Below are positions 1 to 8,707 of a stretch of DNA of 54,198 bases, piece by piece. Numbering within the stretch: position 1 is the first letter of the stretch; each line of letters begins with the position of its first letter. The position numbers and the translations under genes were made by a program. Source of the DNA: Vicinamibacterales bacterium. Lineage in GTDB: Bacteria > Acidobacteriota > Vicinamibacteria > Vicinamibacterales > CAVVIG01. The DNA is taken from positions 1-54,198 of the forward strand of contig DATATJ010000092.1 in NCBI GenBank assembly GCA_036268855.1, in the 5' to 3' direction. The notes under the pieces are model-generated. The model worked only from the letters and a program-made list of their open reading frames with translations, made no database searches and was not told the origin of the DNA.

Positions 1-710
1 GTCGTGATCCGGAGCATTTCTCGGGCGTGCCGACGGGCCGCCACCGACATGCGATGATCCGACGTGGGAGCGAACAGCGCGAACTGCCAGTCGGCGTGTT
101 CGCCGACGGCCGGTGCAAATCGGAGAGCCGTTGCTCCCTCATACCCAAAGGCGTAGGTGTGCAAGGGCGTGGATAATCCAGCCCCCGTCGCCTTGACGTA
201 CGCTTCCTTGAGCGTCCAGATTTCGGCAAAACGGGCCGGCCTTTCGCTCTCGACGGACGTACGGAGGCCGGCCAACTCGCTCTCCGAAAAGAACCGCGAT
301 GCAATCTCCAGCGCCTCCACGCGCGGGTCGATCGACTCGACATCGATTCCGACGTCGCGTGTTCTGCAGGCGACGCACGCCACCAATCCGCACGTGTGGC
401 TCAGATTGAAGCTGAGATCCGTGGGATGGCGCCCGCTCAGCACGGGTTTCCCTTCGGCGCGTATATCAAAGGTCCACGCCGACGGCGGAATGGAATCGTA
501 GGTTGAGAGAACCTGGCGGAGCAGCGCGTGAGCCGCGACATAGGCCGCGCGATCGCGATCCCGCACAAAGCGTCGCGCGGATTCGACTTCATCTCGGCCG
601 AGCATCCCCAGGCCTCGAGCGTACTCGTCGGCGAGGTCGCCGACACGACGGTAGTGAACGTGAATGTCGCCCGTCTCGAGAAGAAACCCGTTTCGACAGC
701 TGCTGGACAT
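1..710 (-). CDS. 4'-phosphopantetheinyl transferase (Sfp-type); its 3' end runs off the left edge of the window
   Basis: Absent from the ORF track because it has no stop in the window. Manual minus-strand translation from ATG 710-708 gives MSSSCRNGFLLETGDIHVHYY...AEGKPVLSG...LSFNLSHTCGLVACV...DVGIDVESI...FAEIWTLKEAYVKATGAGLSTPLH. These are the GKP, FNLSH, GIDVE and WxxKEAxxKA motifs of Sfp-type PPTases. Confidence 0.8.
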   Translation of the reverse strand, partial: MSSSCRNGFLLETGDIHVHYRRVGDLADEYARGLGMLGRDEVESARRFVRDRDRAAYVAAHALLRQVLSTYDSIPPSAWTFDIRAEGKPVLSGRHPTDLSFNLSHTCGLVACVACRTRDVGIDVESIDPRVEALEIASRFFSESELAGLRTSVESERPARFAEIWTLKEAYVKATGAGLSTPLHTYAFGYEGATALRFAPAVGEHADWQFALFAPTSDHRMSVAARRHAREMLRIT

Positions 711-1045
711 CGGCTCAGAACGGATTCGAAACCACGGATTTTCACCTGTTGATCCGGCCGCCCGAGCTATTCCACACAACCGTCAGGTAACCAGCGGACG
801 AGATCGCCGATACGTCCTGGTCGGGCGCGTCACAGACTCGAACATCACGCGAAAGGTCGACCTTTTGTCTGACGAGTTGTGATTTCCGAGTGTTACCCGT
901 CCCGCTTTCGTCCAACTAACGCCTAGCGAAAGGCTGCAATGCGTATTAGCCAGGAACAGCCTGCGCAATTCGAATGCCAACTGAACAATGACCGTACGAA
1001 AACACGCTGCCTGCACCGCTCGGACGGAGAGCCGATAAGCAGGAC

Positions 1046-2623
1046 GTGGTGGCCGCGGGTCGGAGTCGACCATGGAACCGGGTCGATGCGATCCTGGCGC
1101 TCGGGGCGTCCGGCTGCAGCCTGCTGCTCGGCGCGGCACTCCTGGGCAGGCGGCCGGACCTGGTTACCGGCGCCGACTTCCTTTTCCGTGACGCCGGTCA
1201 CAACCTGCTGACCGCGCACGCGATTCTCTCCGGGCAGACGCTCTATCGCGACATCTTCTTCCCGTACGGTCCGATTTCGGCGTACGCCTATGCCGTCACG
1301 GCGTGGCGTTTCGGCAACACGCCGGAGGTGTACCTGGGTCTGTTCGCGATGGTGAGCGCGTTGAACGCCGCGCTTGCGTACCGCCTCGTGCGGAGGAGTG
1401 CAGGGCCGGGCGTCGCGCTGGCCGCGAGTGTCGGCCTACTCGCGCTGCTGCCGATTCCGGGTGCGATCGCTGGCGCGTTCACTTCGTCGCCGTTCGTCGT
1501 GCTCGAACGCACGATGCTGCTGCTGCTCGCCCTGGCTTGGTCGCCGCCGGAGACACGCAGTACGTCCCGTGCTGTCGGCCTCGGCCTGGTGTTCGGACTG
1601 TGGCAGGGCATCAAGTTCGGCGGCGCATTCGTCGGCGGCGGCGCGATTGTGATCCTGGACGCGCTGTGCCTCACGGCAGTGGGCTGGTCGAACAAGGGCT
1701 TCCGTCGATGGGCACGATCCCTGTTCGTCACCGGCGTCACGTTTCTGGGCGTCGAGAGTCTGTGGATCGTCTGTGCCGTCGCGACGCAGCCGGCGATGAT
1801 CGCCCGCGACGTGATCTGGCCCTACTTCATGTTCCACGCGTACGGTGTGGTCGGCGACGACATCCGGTGGCTGGCGTGGGGCGGATGGCGTCTGATGCTT
1901 GGCCAGTACCTGATGCCGTTGACGGCTGCGATGCTGGGTGTCTACGGCCTCGACGTGTGGCTGCGGACGCTGCGGCAACGCCGCGAGGCGGACACGTCTG
2001 GCTCGGCCTTCGTCCTGTTGCTGTTCTACGGCATCGCCAGCTGCGGCTATTTTCACCACGTCTTTCACTTTCAGCAGTTCTTCTGGGCTCTCGTGCCGTC
2101 CGCCGCGTTCGCGATCGAGCGCGGATCGACGCGTACACGCCTGGCCGTGGCGGCGGCCTGGGCGCCAGGCGTCTGGCTCGTCCTGCACACGGCGCTCCTG
2201 ACGCATGTCCCGGCGTCCATGGAAACCGTGCGTCTTCCCACGGGCGGGCGCGTCGTGGTGTCCGCCGCGATCGTCGAGCGCCTGTCGTTTCTCGCTCGCA
2301 TCCGCGCCGCGACGGGCGATGCGCCGATCCTGTATGCGCCCGTGGGCTCAGGTTGGCACTATGCGTACAGCGTGCCGGCAGCGAGCCGCCATACGTTCTT
2401 CTTTGCCCCGGACGTGATTCGCCCGTACGAGCGCGACGCCTTTGTGCGCTCGATCGACCGCCTGGGCGCAATCGTCACATGCGGCGATGGGCCAGGACCG
2501 GCGTCGCTCGACAATCAGCTGCGGCTGGACCCGACGATGCAGCGACTGGTCTTCGGCCGGCTGCAGCGCTGGCGGCGCGACGCGGAGTGCATCGCGTATC
2601 GCGTAGCAGCTGTCCCACCGTAG
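1046..2623 (+). CDS. polytopic membrane protein, GT-C-like (ArnT/PMT-like) glycosyltransferase candidate
   Basis: 525-aa ORF with a GTG start and many hydrophobic segments followed by a soluble C-terminal domain. High third-position GC. The function is inferred from architecture only. Confidence 0.55.
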   Translation: MVAAGRSRPWNRVDAILALGASGCSLLLGAALLGRRPDLVTGADFLFRDAGHNLLTAHAILSGQTLYRDIFFPYGPISAYAYAVTAWRFGNTPEVYLGLFAMVSALNAALAYRLVRRSAGPGVALAASVGLLALLPIPGAIAGAFTSSPFVVLERTMLLLLALAWSPPETRSTSRAVGLGLVFGLWQGIKFGGAFVGGGAIVILDALCLTAVGWSNKGFRRWARSLFVTGVTFLGVESLWIVCAVATQPAMIARDVIWPYFMFHAYGVVGDDIRWLAWGGWRLMLGQYLMPLTAAMLGVYGLDVWLRTLRQRREADTSGSAFVLLLFYGIASCGYFHHVFHFQQFFWALVPSAAFAIERGSTRTRLAVAAAWAPGVWLVLHTALLTHVPASMETVRLPTGGRVVVSAAIVERLSFLARIRAATGDAPILYAPVGSGWHYAYSVPAASRHTFFFAPDVIRPYERDAFVRSIDRLGAIVTCGDGPGPASLDNQLRLDPTMQRLVFGRLQRWRRDAECIAYRVAAVPP

Positions 2624-2728
2624 CTCGTCCATGGGCGGATCGAAGATCAGCTAACTGCGTGGACTTACGAGCCAGGGTCTTCTACGCTGTACGTGCGGAC
2701 GATCGGTGTCCGTTGGTCACGTGCCGCC

Positions 2729-3583
2729 ATGAACGACTTGCCGGATTACGAGATTCAGAGGCCCGCGAGCGAGCCGCCCCCGCCCGCGCCGACCCAGAGG
2801 CCCTCCGCGTTCGGATGGATTCTGGTAGCGGTGGTGATCGTTGCGGCTGGATTAGCGGTGTACTTTGGCGTCGTCCGGGGACGCCGTCCGGCGCCGGCAC
2901 CTGCCACCACTGTCGCGCCCAAGGCGCCCACCGACACATCGACGCCGCCGCTCGGTGGAACGGGTGAAGCCATCACGCTGCCTGCGCTCGACTCCAGCGA
3001 CGACGTCGTCAGGACGCTGGTGCGACGCATCTCCGAGCATCCCGCGGTTGCGGCCTGGCTCACGACGAGCGGGCTGGTGCGTAACTTCACGGTGGTGGTC
3101 GTGAACATCGCGGACGGGGCGACACCCGTGCAGCATCTGAAGGTGCTGCGCCCGTCGGCGTCGTTCCGCGTCGTTCAACGTGATGGCACGACGTTCGTCG
3201 ACGAGCGGAGCTACGACCGCTATACATCTCTTGCGGATGCGATTGCGTCAATCGATCCGGCAGCGGCCGCTCGACTGTACGGGACCCTCAAGCCACGGAT
3301 CGACGAAGCCGCTCGCGACCTGGGTTCATCAGATCCATCCTTCGATCGCACGCTCGAACGCGCGATCGTCTCGCTTCTCGACACGCCGATTCGAGATGGT
3401 CCCGCCAAGCTCACGCCCAAGGGAATCGGCTACGCCTACGACGATGGGCGGCTCGAGGGTTTGACGAGCGCGCAGAAGCAGCTGTTGCGGATGGGACCCC
3501 GCAACGCCCGCATCGTCCAGAAGCAGCTGCGAGCGATCGCCTTGGCGCTTGGCATTCCGGCGGCGCACCTGCCGTCGCGCTGA
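2729..3583 (+). CDS. DUF3014-like membrane-anchored protein
   Basis: ATG at 2729 (MNDLPDYEIQRP...), a Pro-rich segment, one TM helix (FGWILVAVVIVAAGLAVYFGVV) and a soluble domain resembling DUF3014 proteins. Confidence 0.65.
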   Translation: MNDLPDYEIQRPASEPPPPAPTQRPSAFGWILVAVVIVAAGLAVYFGVVRGRRPAPAPATTVAPKAPTDTSTPPLGGTGEAITLPALDSSDDVVRTLVRRISEHPAVAAWLTTSGLVRNFTVVVVNIADGATPVQHLKVLRPSASFRVVQRDGTTFVDERSYDRYTSLADAIASIDPAAAARLYGTLKPRIDEAARDLGSSDPSFDRTLERAIVSLLDTPIRDGPAKLTPKGIGYAYDDGRLEGLTSAQKQLLRMGPRNARIVQKQLRAIALALGIPAAHLPSR

Positions 3584-3765
3584 GTGATGGATGCAGCTCT
3601 CACACTAGGGGCCACTTTTGCGGTCGCGTGTCATTTCGCGAGCGCGATCGTCATCGCAAAGTTCCCTCAGATTCGAGGAGGATGAAACCGATGGGCTGCG
3701 CGTGCGTCTAAAAGGCGGTACTGAAAGTGGCCATTCGGCCTCACAATTCGAACAGGAGGGATTTT

Positions 3766-4293
3766 GTGAAAGTGCACACACTCGGCCTCGTCGCCGCGAT
3801 GCTTGCCGTCGCGACGCTACGACCCGCCGCCCAGTCCACCACGATCCAGAGCGACGTGCTGAAGGACTGGACGAGCATGAAAGAGACGATGACGAAGATC
3901 GCGGATGCGATGCCCGAGGACAAGTTCGCGTTCAAGCCGACGCCAGCGCAGCGCAACTACGGCGAGCAGATCCTTCACGTCGCCCAGGCCAATGTGGGCA
4001 TCATCAAGACGCTCGGCGGCAAGACCGCGGCGCCGACGATCGATGCCAAGGCCACGTCGAAGGTGGTCATCCTGAAGGCGCTCGCCGACTCGTTCGACTA
4101 CGGCATCGCGGTCATCAAGGAGCAGACCGATCAGTCGATGGCCCAGGCGGTCGAGGGGCCACGTTTCATCGGCACGGCCACGCGCGCGCGGCTCGTCTGG
4201 GACACGATCGGCCATGCGTGGGACGAATACGGCGCGATGACCGTGTACCTGCGGCTGAACGGAATCGTTCCGCCCGCAAGCAAAGGCATGTAG
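3766..4293 (+). CDS. DinB-family (DinB_2) protein with signal peptide
   Basis: GTG 3766 lies 5 nt after AGGAGGG. The product starts VKVHTLGLVAAMLAVATLRPAAQ (signal peptide), then ...KDWTSMKETMTKIADAMPEDKFAFKPTPAQRNYGEQILHVA, typical of DinB-like four-helix-bundle proteins. Confidence 0.7.
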   Translation: MKVHTLGLVAAMLAVATLRPAAQSTTIQSDVLKDWTSMKETMTKIADAMPEDKFAFKPTPAQRNYGEQILHVAQANVGIIKTLGGKTAAPTIDAKATSKVVILKALADSFDYGIAVIKEQTDQSMAQAVEGPRFIGTATRARLVWDTIGHAWDEYGAMTVYLRLNGIVPPASKGM

Positions 4294-4303
4294 TCGACGT
4301 CTG

Positions 4304-4379
4304 CCACGAAGGCGCGAAGGCACGAAGACTCTATGTGTACAGCGGCTTCTGAATCTTCGTGTCCTTCGCGCCTTCGTGG
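4304..4379. repeat. 25-bp imperfect inverted repeat (REP-like hairpin) between convergent genes
   Basis: CCACGAAGGCGCGAAGGCACGAAGA (4304-4328) pairs with TCTTCGTGTCCTTCGCGCCTTCGTGG (4354-4379), with one bulge and a 25-nt loop. It shares the GCGCGAAGG core with the repeats at 47311-47403 and 52436-52543. Confidence 0.75.
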
Positions 4380-4419
4380 TTGAACGACGATCGCTGAAGG
4401 TTCTGCGGCGCGGTCCGCG

Positions 4420-5247
4420 TCACCGCCGGAGCGGCATCAGCCCGCCCGCATCGGCGCTCTTGTCCGCGCCGGGCCCCCACGTCCAATACAGCGCCAGGTA
4501 GGTGTACGTCTCGGGGCGCCAGGCCACGCTGTGCCCGGCGGCGAAGAGCAGCTGAAAGCCGGGCGAAAAGCTGTAGTAACCGCCGACATCGGTCATCAGA
4601 GATCGACCCACGCCTGCGGGATCCGGGCTCTCGGCGCCGTGACCAACCAGCTCGACGCCGAGGGTGAGTTGCTCCGAGATCTTGCGCTGCAGCAGGCCTG
4701 AGGCGAACGGATAGTTCTTGAACCCCTCGGCGCGCACCACCACCTCACCGCCGCCACCGAACACATTCCAGGCACCGACTCCTTTCTTGAGCCACACCGG
4801 GAGCCGATACCACGTCGTGCCGACGCCGAGGCCGCGCGCCGCATCTCCGGTTGGCAGCTCGATGAATGGGAAGACACCGATTTCGGGCATACGGCGTGTC
4901 TCGTCAACGAACTTGTACTTGGCGCCCAACTCGATGTCGCCAATGCCGCGTTGCGCGGATACACCAGGAGCGAGATTCGTCGCCAGAGGAATCACCACGT
5001 GCAGCTGGAGATTCGGAGCGGCGCCCCAGTTCATCTCGAAGCTTGGCACCGAGAGGGCCGTGCCGCCGGTCGTGCGATCCGACAGCTCGAACACGTAGGC
5101 CTCGAAGTGATGCAGCGGAACCGGGTCGGGATCGTCGGTCTGGTAAGGCGGGCCCGCCTGAGCCGCACATCGTGCGGCCCAGCCAAGCAGAAGCACAGCG
5201 CAAAGCACGACGGCACGCGGCGCGGAACTGACAGGACCATTGCGCAT
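4420..5247 (-). CDS. outer-membrane beta-barrel transporter (MetA-pathway phenol-degradation-like family)
   Basis: Probable start is MRNGPVSSAPRAVVLCAVLLLGWAARCAAQ (signal peptide), followed by PYQTDDPDPV... and alternating beta-strand-like sequence. The family call is from memory of Pfam PF13557-like proteins. Confidence 0.6.
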   Translation of the reverse strand: MRNGPVSSAPRAVVLCAVLLLGWAARCAAQAGPPYQTDDPDPVPLHHFEAYVFELSDRTTGGTALSVPSFEMNWGAAPNLQLHVVIPLATNLAPGVSAQRGIGDIELGAKYKFVDETRRMPEIGVFPFIELPTGDAARGLGVGTTWYRLPVWLKKGVGAWNVFGGGGEVVVRAEGFKNYPFASGLLQRKISEQLTLGVELVGHGAESPDPAGVGRSLMTDVGGYYSFSPGFQLLFAAGHSVAWRPETYTYLALYWTWGPGADKSADAGGLMPLRR

Positions 5248-5271
5248 GAGCGCACTCCCTTGTCGTTCCAT

Positions 5272-5610
5272 TCTACGTGCCGCTCGAAGCCGCGAGGTCC
5301 GCGAGCCTTGTTCCCGCCTGGATCTCGTCGTACGTGATGCGCGGCGCGATCAGCCGATCTCCGGCAGGGTCGGCGGCTTGATCGCCTGTACGTGTCCCCA
5401 CAAGTGCCCGGTGTTGTCGCCGAGGTCGCGGAACCAGCGCCCGCCCGGCCACGCTTCAAGGTCATCGCGAGCGGCGACCCGTCGGCATGCTGGTTGAGAG
5501 GTCCCATCTGTTCGAGGATCGTCTCGAAGACGCGTCGATGGCCCGGTAATCCGCTCCTCTTTCGTGATGTCGAGCGTGTGGACGGTCTGTTCGACGAGGC
5601 CGCTCAGCAT
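5272..5610 (-). pseudogene. decayed SRPBCC/AHSA1-family gene (usual partner of ArsR), with frameshifts and truncation
   Basis: ATG 5610-5608 overlaps the arsR stop (ATGCTGA). Recognisable pieces lie in different frames: VHTLDITKEERI (frame a), AIDAS (frame b), RVFETILEQMGPLNQHADGSPLAMTL (frame c), EAWPGGRWFRDLGDNTGHLWGHVQAIKPPTL (frame a), then ITYDEIQAGTRL in another frame before a stop at 5272-5274. Confidence 0.6.
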
Positions 5611-5984
5611 GTTTTCTTCTCCTCGGTTGTCGTGGATTGGCTGCGATCCGTGCGGCCGAGCATCTTGCCCTCGGCCCGCGCTTTGATGTGACTCACCTGG
5701 CGGGTCCAGTACTGCTCGTACGTCTTGACCCAGTCGTGCACCGGCTTCAACACTTCCGCGTTGAGTTGATACAGGCGCTGCCGGCCGTGCCGGGTCACCG
5801 AGACCACGCCGACCTCGAGGAGGACGCGAAGGTGCTTGGACACCGCAGGCTGCGGCAATCCGAGCGCTCGGACCACGTCGCCGACGGCGTGCTCCTGGCC
5901 GCCCAGCAGGACGGCGAGGATCTCGCGGCGTCGAGGTTCGGCTATCGCGTTGAAGACGTCCGTGGTGGTCGCGGCCCGCGGCAT
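5604..5984 (-). CDS. ArsR/SmtB-family transcriptional regulator
   Basis: FNAIAEPRRREILAVLLGGQEHAVGDVVRALGLPQPAVSKHLRVLLEVGVVSVTRHGRQRLYQL is the canonical ArsR winged helix-turn-helix. Confidence 0.9.
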   Translation of the reverse strand: MPRAATTTDVFNAIAEPRRREILAVLLGGQEHAVGDVVRALGLPQPAVSKHLRVLLEVGVVSVTRHGRQRLYQLNAEVLKPVHDWVKTYEQYWTRQVSHIKARAEGKMLGRTDRSQSTTTEEKKTC

Positions 5985-5990
5985 GAGCCA

Positions 5991-6017
5991 ATCATATGCT
6001 CATATGAGAATATGTTC
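5991..6017. promoter_or_regulatory. AT-rich palindromic operator candidate directly upstream of arsR
   Basis: A perfect 10-bp palindrome CTCATATGAG (5999-6008) is flanked by further CATATG/ATATG half-sites in ATCATATGCTCATATGAGAATATGTTC. It starts 7 nt upstream of the arsR ATG. Confidence 0.4.
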
Positions 6018-6051
6018 AAACCCATCCGCAGACCGCGTGTCCGCCCGCCCG

Positions 6052-6600
6052 TTAGTTCGCCCCGCGAACGACTCCCGCCAGCGCTTGCGATCCGAAATGC
6101 GCTACCGCGTCGCCGCCGAACGTGAGCTTCACGTTCGAAAACGTGACGATCGTGCTTCCGGTGATGTCGATCTGAAGAGTGGACGATGTCCCGAAGGGGG
6201 CGACGCTGCCGTTCGCCGTGATGGTGGCCGGGCCGGCAATCCGAATCCCTCCGGTGATCGGCGTCACCGTCGCGCCGGCGAGCGCGATGTGGTGCGTGTG
6301 CGCGTTGCGGGTCGCGGGATTGTCGGCGTCCGCGCCGGAGGTCGTCAGCAGCCAATAATCCGATCGTTCCATGGTCAGCGCCGCCGAGAAATCAGCAGTG
6401 TCCGGCGATCCACCTTTGCCGTCCCTCATGTCCGCCGACCAGACGCCATGGATGACCCACGAGCCGGCGCTGAGCACGGTGGAGTCGGCGATGAAGCCGC
6501 TGAAGGTGTGGTGTTTCGGCGAGTGGGCCTGACCGCCGCTGCTGGCCGCGAGGACGAGCAGGACGACGAGTGACAGCCGCCGGAATCGTTCACGCAACAT
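6052..6600 (-). CDS. secreted hypothetical protein
   Basis: MLRERFRRLSLVVLLVLAASSGGQA signal peptide, then a Gly/Thr/Ala-rich beta-type sequence. I recognise no family. Confidence 0.55.
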   Translation of the reverse strand: MLRERFRRLSLVVLLVLAASSGGQAHSPKHHTFSGFIADSTVLSAGSWVIHGVWSADMRDGKGGSPDTADFSAALTMERSDYWLLTTSGADADNPATRNAHTHHIALAGATVTPITGGIRIAGPATITANGSVAPFGTSSTLQIDITGSTIVTFSNVKLTFGGDAVAHFGSQALAGVVRGAN

Positions 6601-6908
6601 GTGATCCTCCAAGTCTTTCGTCTACGCCCCGCGGACTGCGGTGGCGTGAGGGCTCGACGGTGCGCTACGACGAACGTCGGGACAAGCCGCGACCTGCGGC
6701 AGCACAGGCAATGCGGCGCTTTGCCGCGGAATGCTGCCGTTTACGGCATCGATTCCTTCCTGCGTCGCGGCATCAGACGCAGACCCGTCCCCTGTACCAA
6801 TACGGTACGGAGACCCGTCCCCGGCGCGCGCGGCGGTTTCGCAGAGCCGCCGCTGGCGCCGGGTGTATAGTCCACACCACCAACCGGTCATCGAGTGATG
6901 AGGATGTC

Positions 6909-8672
6909 ATGTTGAAAAGAGCGTGCATCGTCGCAGCGGGAATCATCATCGGGGTCATCCACCTGCCGGCTCAGACGACCACCTGGCGGCCGACGGTCGT
7001 CGCGCAGCACGGCATGGTCGCCGCCGGACACCCGCTCGCGGCGGAAGCGGGCGTGCGCATCCTGAAAGCGGGCGGCAATGCCATGGACGCGGCGATGGCG
7101 GCGTGGGCCGTCCAGGGCCAAGTCGAGCCGGCCATGACCGGGCTCGGCGCCGACATGTTCGTGCTCTTCTACAACGCGAAGACCGGCGAAGTGAAGTTCA
7201 TCAACGGCAGTGGATTCGCGCCGCAGGCGGCCACCATCGAGTTCTACAAGAGCAAGGGGGGCATTCCCGACGAAGGGCCGCTGTCGATCTCGGTACCGGG
7301 CGCGGTCGGCAGCGCCGCGTGGGCGGTGCAGAAGTACGGCACCAAGTCGCTGGCCGAAGACTTCGCGCCGGCGATCGAGATGGCCGAGCAGGGCTTTCCG
7401 GTCACCGAGGCGCTCGCGCGCGGTCTCGCCGGCAGCAAGGCGAAGCTCGAGAAATATCCGTCGACGACGAAGATCTGGTTCAGGAACGGCAAGCCGCTGG
7501 AGATGGGCGACATCGTCGTGAACGCGGATCTGGCGCGCACGCTCCGCACGATCGCAGCGCAGGGCCCGGACGCGTTTTATCGGGGCGATCTCGCCAGGAA
7601 CACCGCGGCGTACCTGAAAGCCAACGGCGGCATCATCACGGAAGCCGATCTCGCCAGCTATCAGCCGTACGAGGACGCGCCCGTGCACGTCAGCTATCGC
7701 GGCACGGAAGTGTACGAGTGCCCGCCGAACTCGCAGGGATTCGTAATGCTCGAGGCGCTCAACATTCTCGAGGGATACGACTTGAAGGCCATGGGGCACA
7801 ACTCGGCGCCCTATCTGCACGCTGTGACCGAGGCGCTGAAGCTGTCGTTCGCCGATCGCAACAAATACGACGGCGATCCGAAGTTCGTGAAAAATATTCC
7901 GATGAAGGGGCTGCTCTCGAAGGAGTACGCCACGGCGCGCCGCGCGGCGATCGATCCGAATCGCGCGATCGTCGGCGAGCCCGCGCCCGGCGATCCCACC
8001 AGTGTGCGGACCTCGACTGCCGGCATCGCCTACGCGGCGCCGCAGCCGTCGCCGACGACGGTCGCCGCCTTCGACCCGGATGCGATCCTCAACCTGACGA
8101 CGTACCTGACGGTGGTGGACAAGGATCACAACATGGTCTCGGTGACATCGAGCCTGTTGAGCGGGTTCGGCAGCGGCATGGTCGTCGATCACGGCGGCTT
8201 CTTCCTGAACGATCGGATGGCGTATTTCTATCTCGATCCGAAGAACGTCAACGCCATGCAGCCCGGCAAGCGTACGCGGCAGACGATCAACCCGGCGCTG
8301 GCGCTGCGGGCCGGCAAGCCGTTCGTCAGCTTCGGCACGCCCGGCTCAGACACGCAGCCGCAGACGCAGCTGCAGTTCTTCCTCAACGTGGTCGATTTCG
8401 GGATGGACGTGCAGGAGGCGCTCGAGCAGCCGGCGGTGATCAGCAACAGCTTCGAGTCGTCGTACTACCCGCACGAGATTGCCGGCAAGCTGATGGTCCC
8501 CGAAATGCTGGCGAAGACGGTCCGCGACGCCCTCGCGGCGAAGGGGCATCAGCTCGACGTGCGCGACGTGCACGGCGTGGGATCGGTCAAGGCGATCATG
8601 ATTCACCCGCGCACCGGCGCGCTGATGGGCGGCGTCAGCCCCACCGGCGACAGCTACGTGATGGCGTGGTGA
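6909..8672 (+). CDS. ggt: gamma-glutamyltransferase
   Basis: MLKRACIVAAGIIIGV signal/anchor, then VVAQHGMVAAGHPLAAEAGVRILKAGGNAMDAAMA and the autoprocessing Thr region LNLTTYLTVVDKDHNMVSVTSSL. The ORF-track extension upstream of 6909 has no support. Confidence 0.9.
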   Translation: MLKRACIVAAGIIIGVIHLPAQTTTWRPTVVAQHGMVAAGHPLAAEAGVRILKAGGNAMDAAMAAWAVQGQVEPAMTGLGADMFVLFYNAKTGEVKFINGSGFAPQAATIEFYKSKGGIPDEGPLSISVPGAVGSAAWAVQKYGTKSLAEDFAPAIEMAEQGFPVTEALARGLAGSKAKLEKYPSTTKIWFRNGKPLEMGDIVVNADLARTLRTIAAQGPDAFYRGDLARNTAAYLKANGGIITEADLASYQPYEDAPVHVSYRGTEVYECPPNSQGFVMLEALNILEGYDLKAMGHNSAPYLHAVTEALKLSFADRNKYDGDPKFVKNIPMKGLLSKEYATARRAAIDPNRAIVGEPAPGDPTSVRTSTAGIAYAAPQPSPTTVAAFDPDAILNLTTYLTVVDKDHNMVSVTSSLLSGFGSGMVVDHGGFFLNDRMAYFYLDPKNVNAMQPGKRTRQTINPALALRAGKPFVSFGTPGSDTQPQTQLQFFLNVVDFGMDVQEALEQPAVISNSFESSYYPHEIAGKLMVPEMLAKTVRDALAAKGHQLDVRDVHGVGSVKAIMIHPRTGALMGGVSPTGDSYVMAW

Positions 8673-8707
8673 GGCGGACCGAGCCGGCTCGTTACGCGCG
8701 TCCGGCC

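Noticed and set aside
715-790. tRNA-like T-arm motif (minus strand GGTTTCGAATCC at about 721-737)
   Set aside because: The flanking bases do not form a T-stem (an extra T in the loop and non-complementary arms). No acceptor or anticodon stems could be drawn, and it overlaps the PPTase start region. It is probably a chance match. tRNAscan-SE would settle it.
3682-3711. Tiny Cys-rich ORF MKPMGCACV (or MGCACV) after a GAGGAGG motif upstream of the DinB gene
   Set aside because: It is too short to evaluate. The SD abuts the first ATG with no spacing, and there is no evidence of conservation. It could be chance.
5350-5991. 213-aa minus-strand ORF covering arsR in another frame
   Set aside because: Only its last ~85 residues make sense, and these are pieces of the decayed SRPBCC gene. 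The rest is an out-of-frame reading of arsR.
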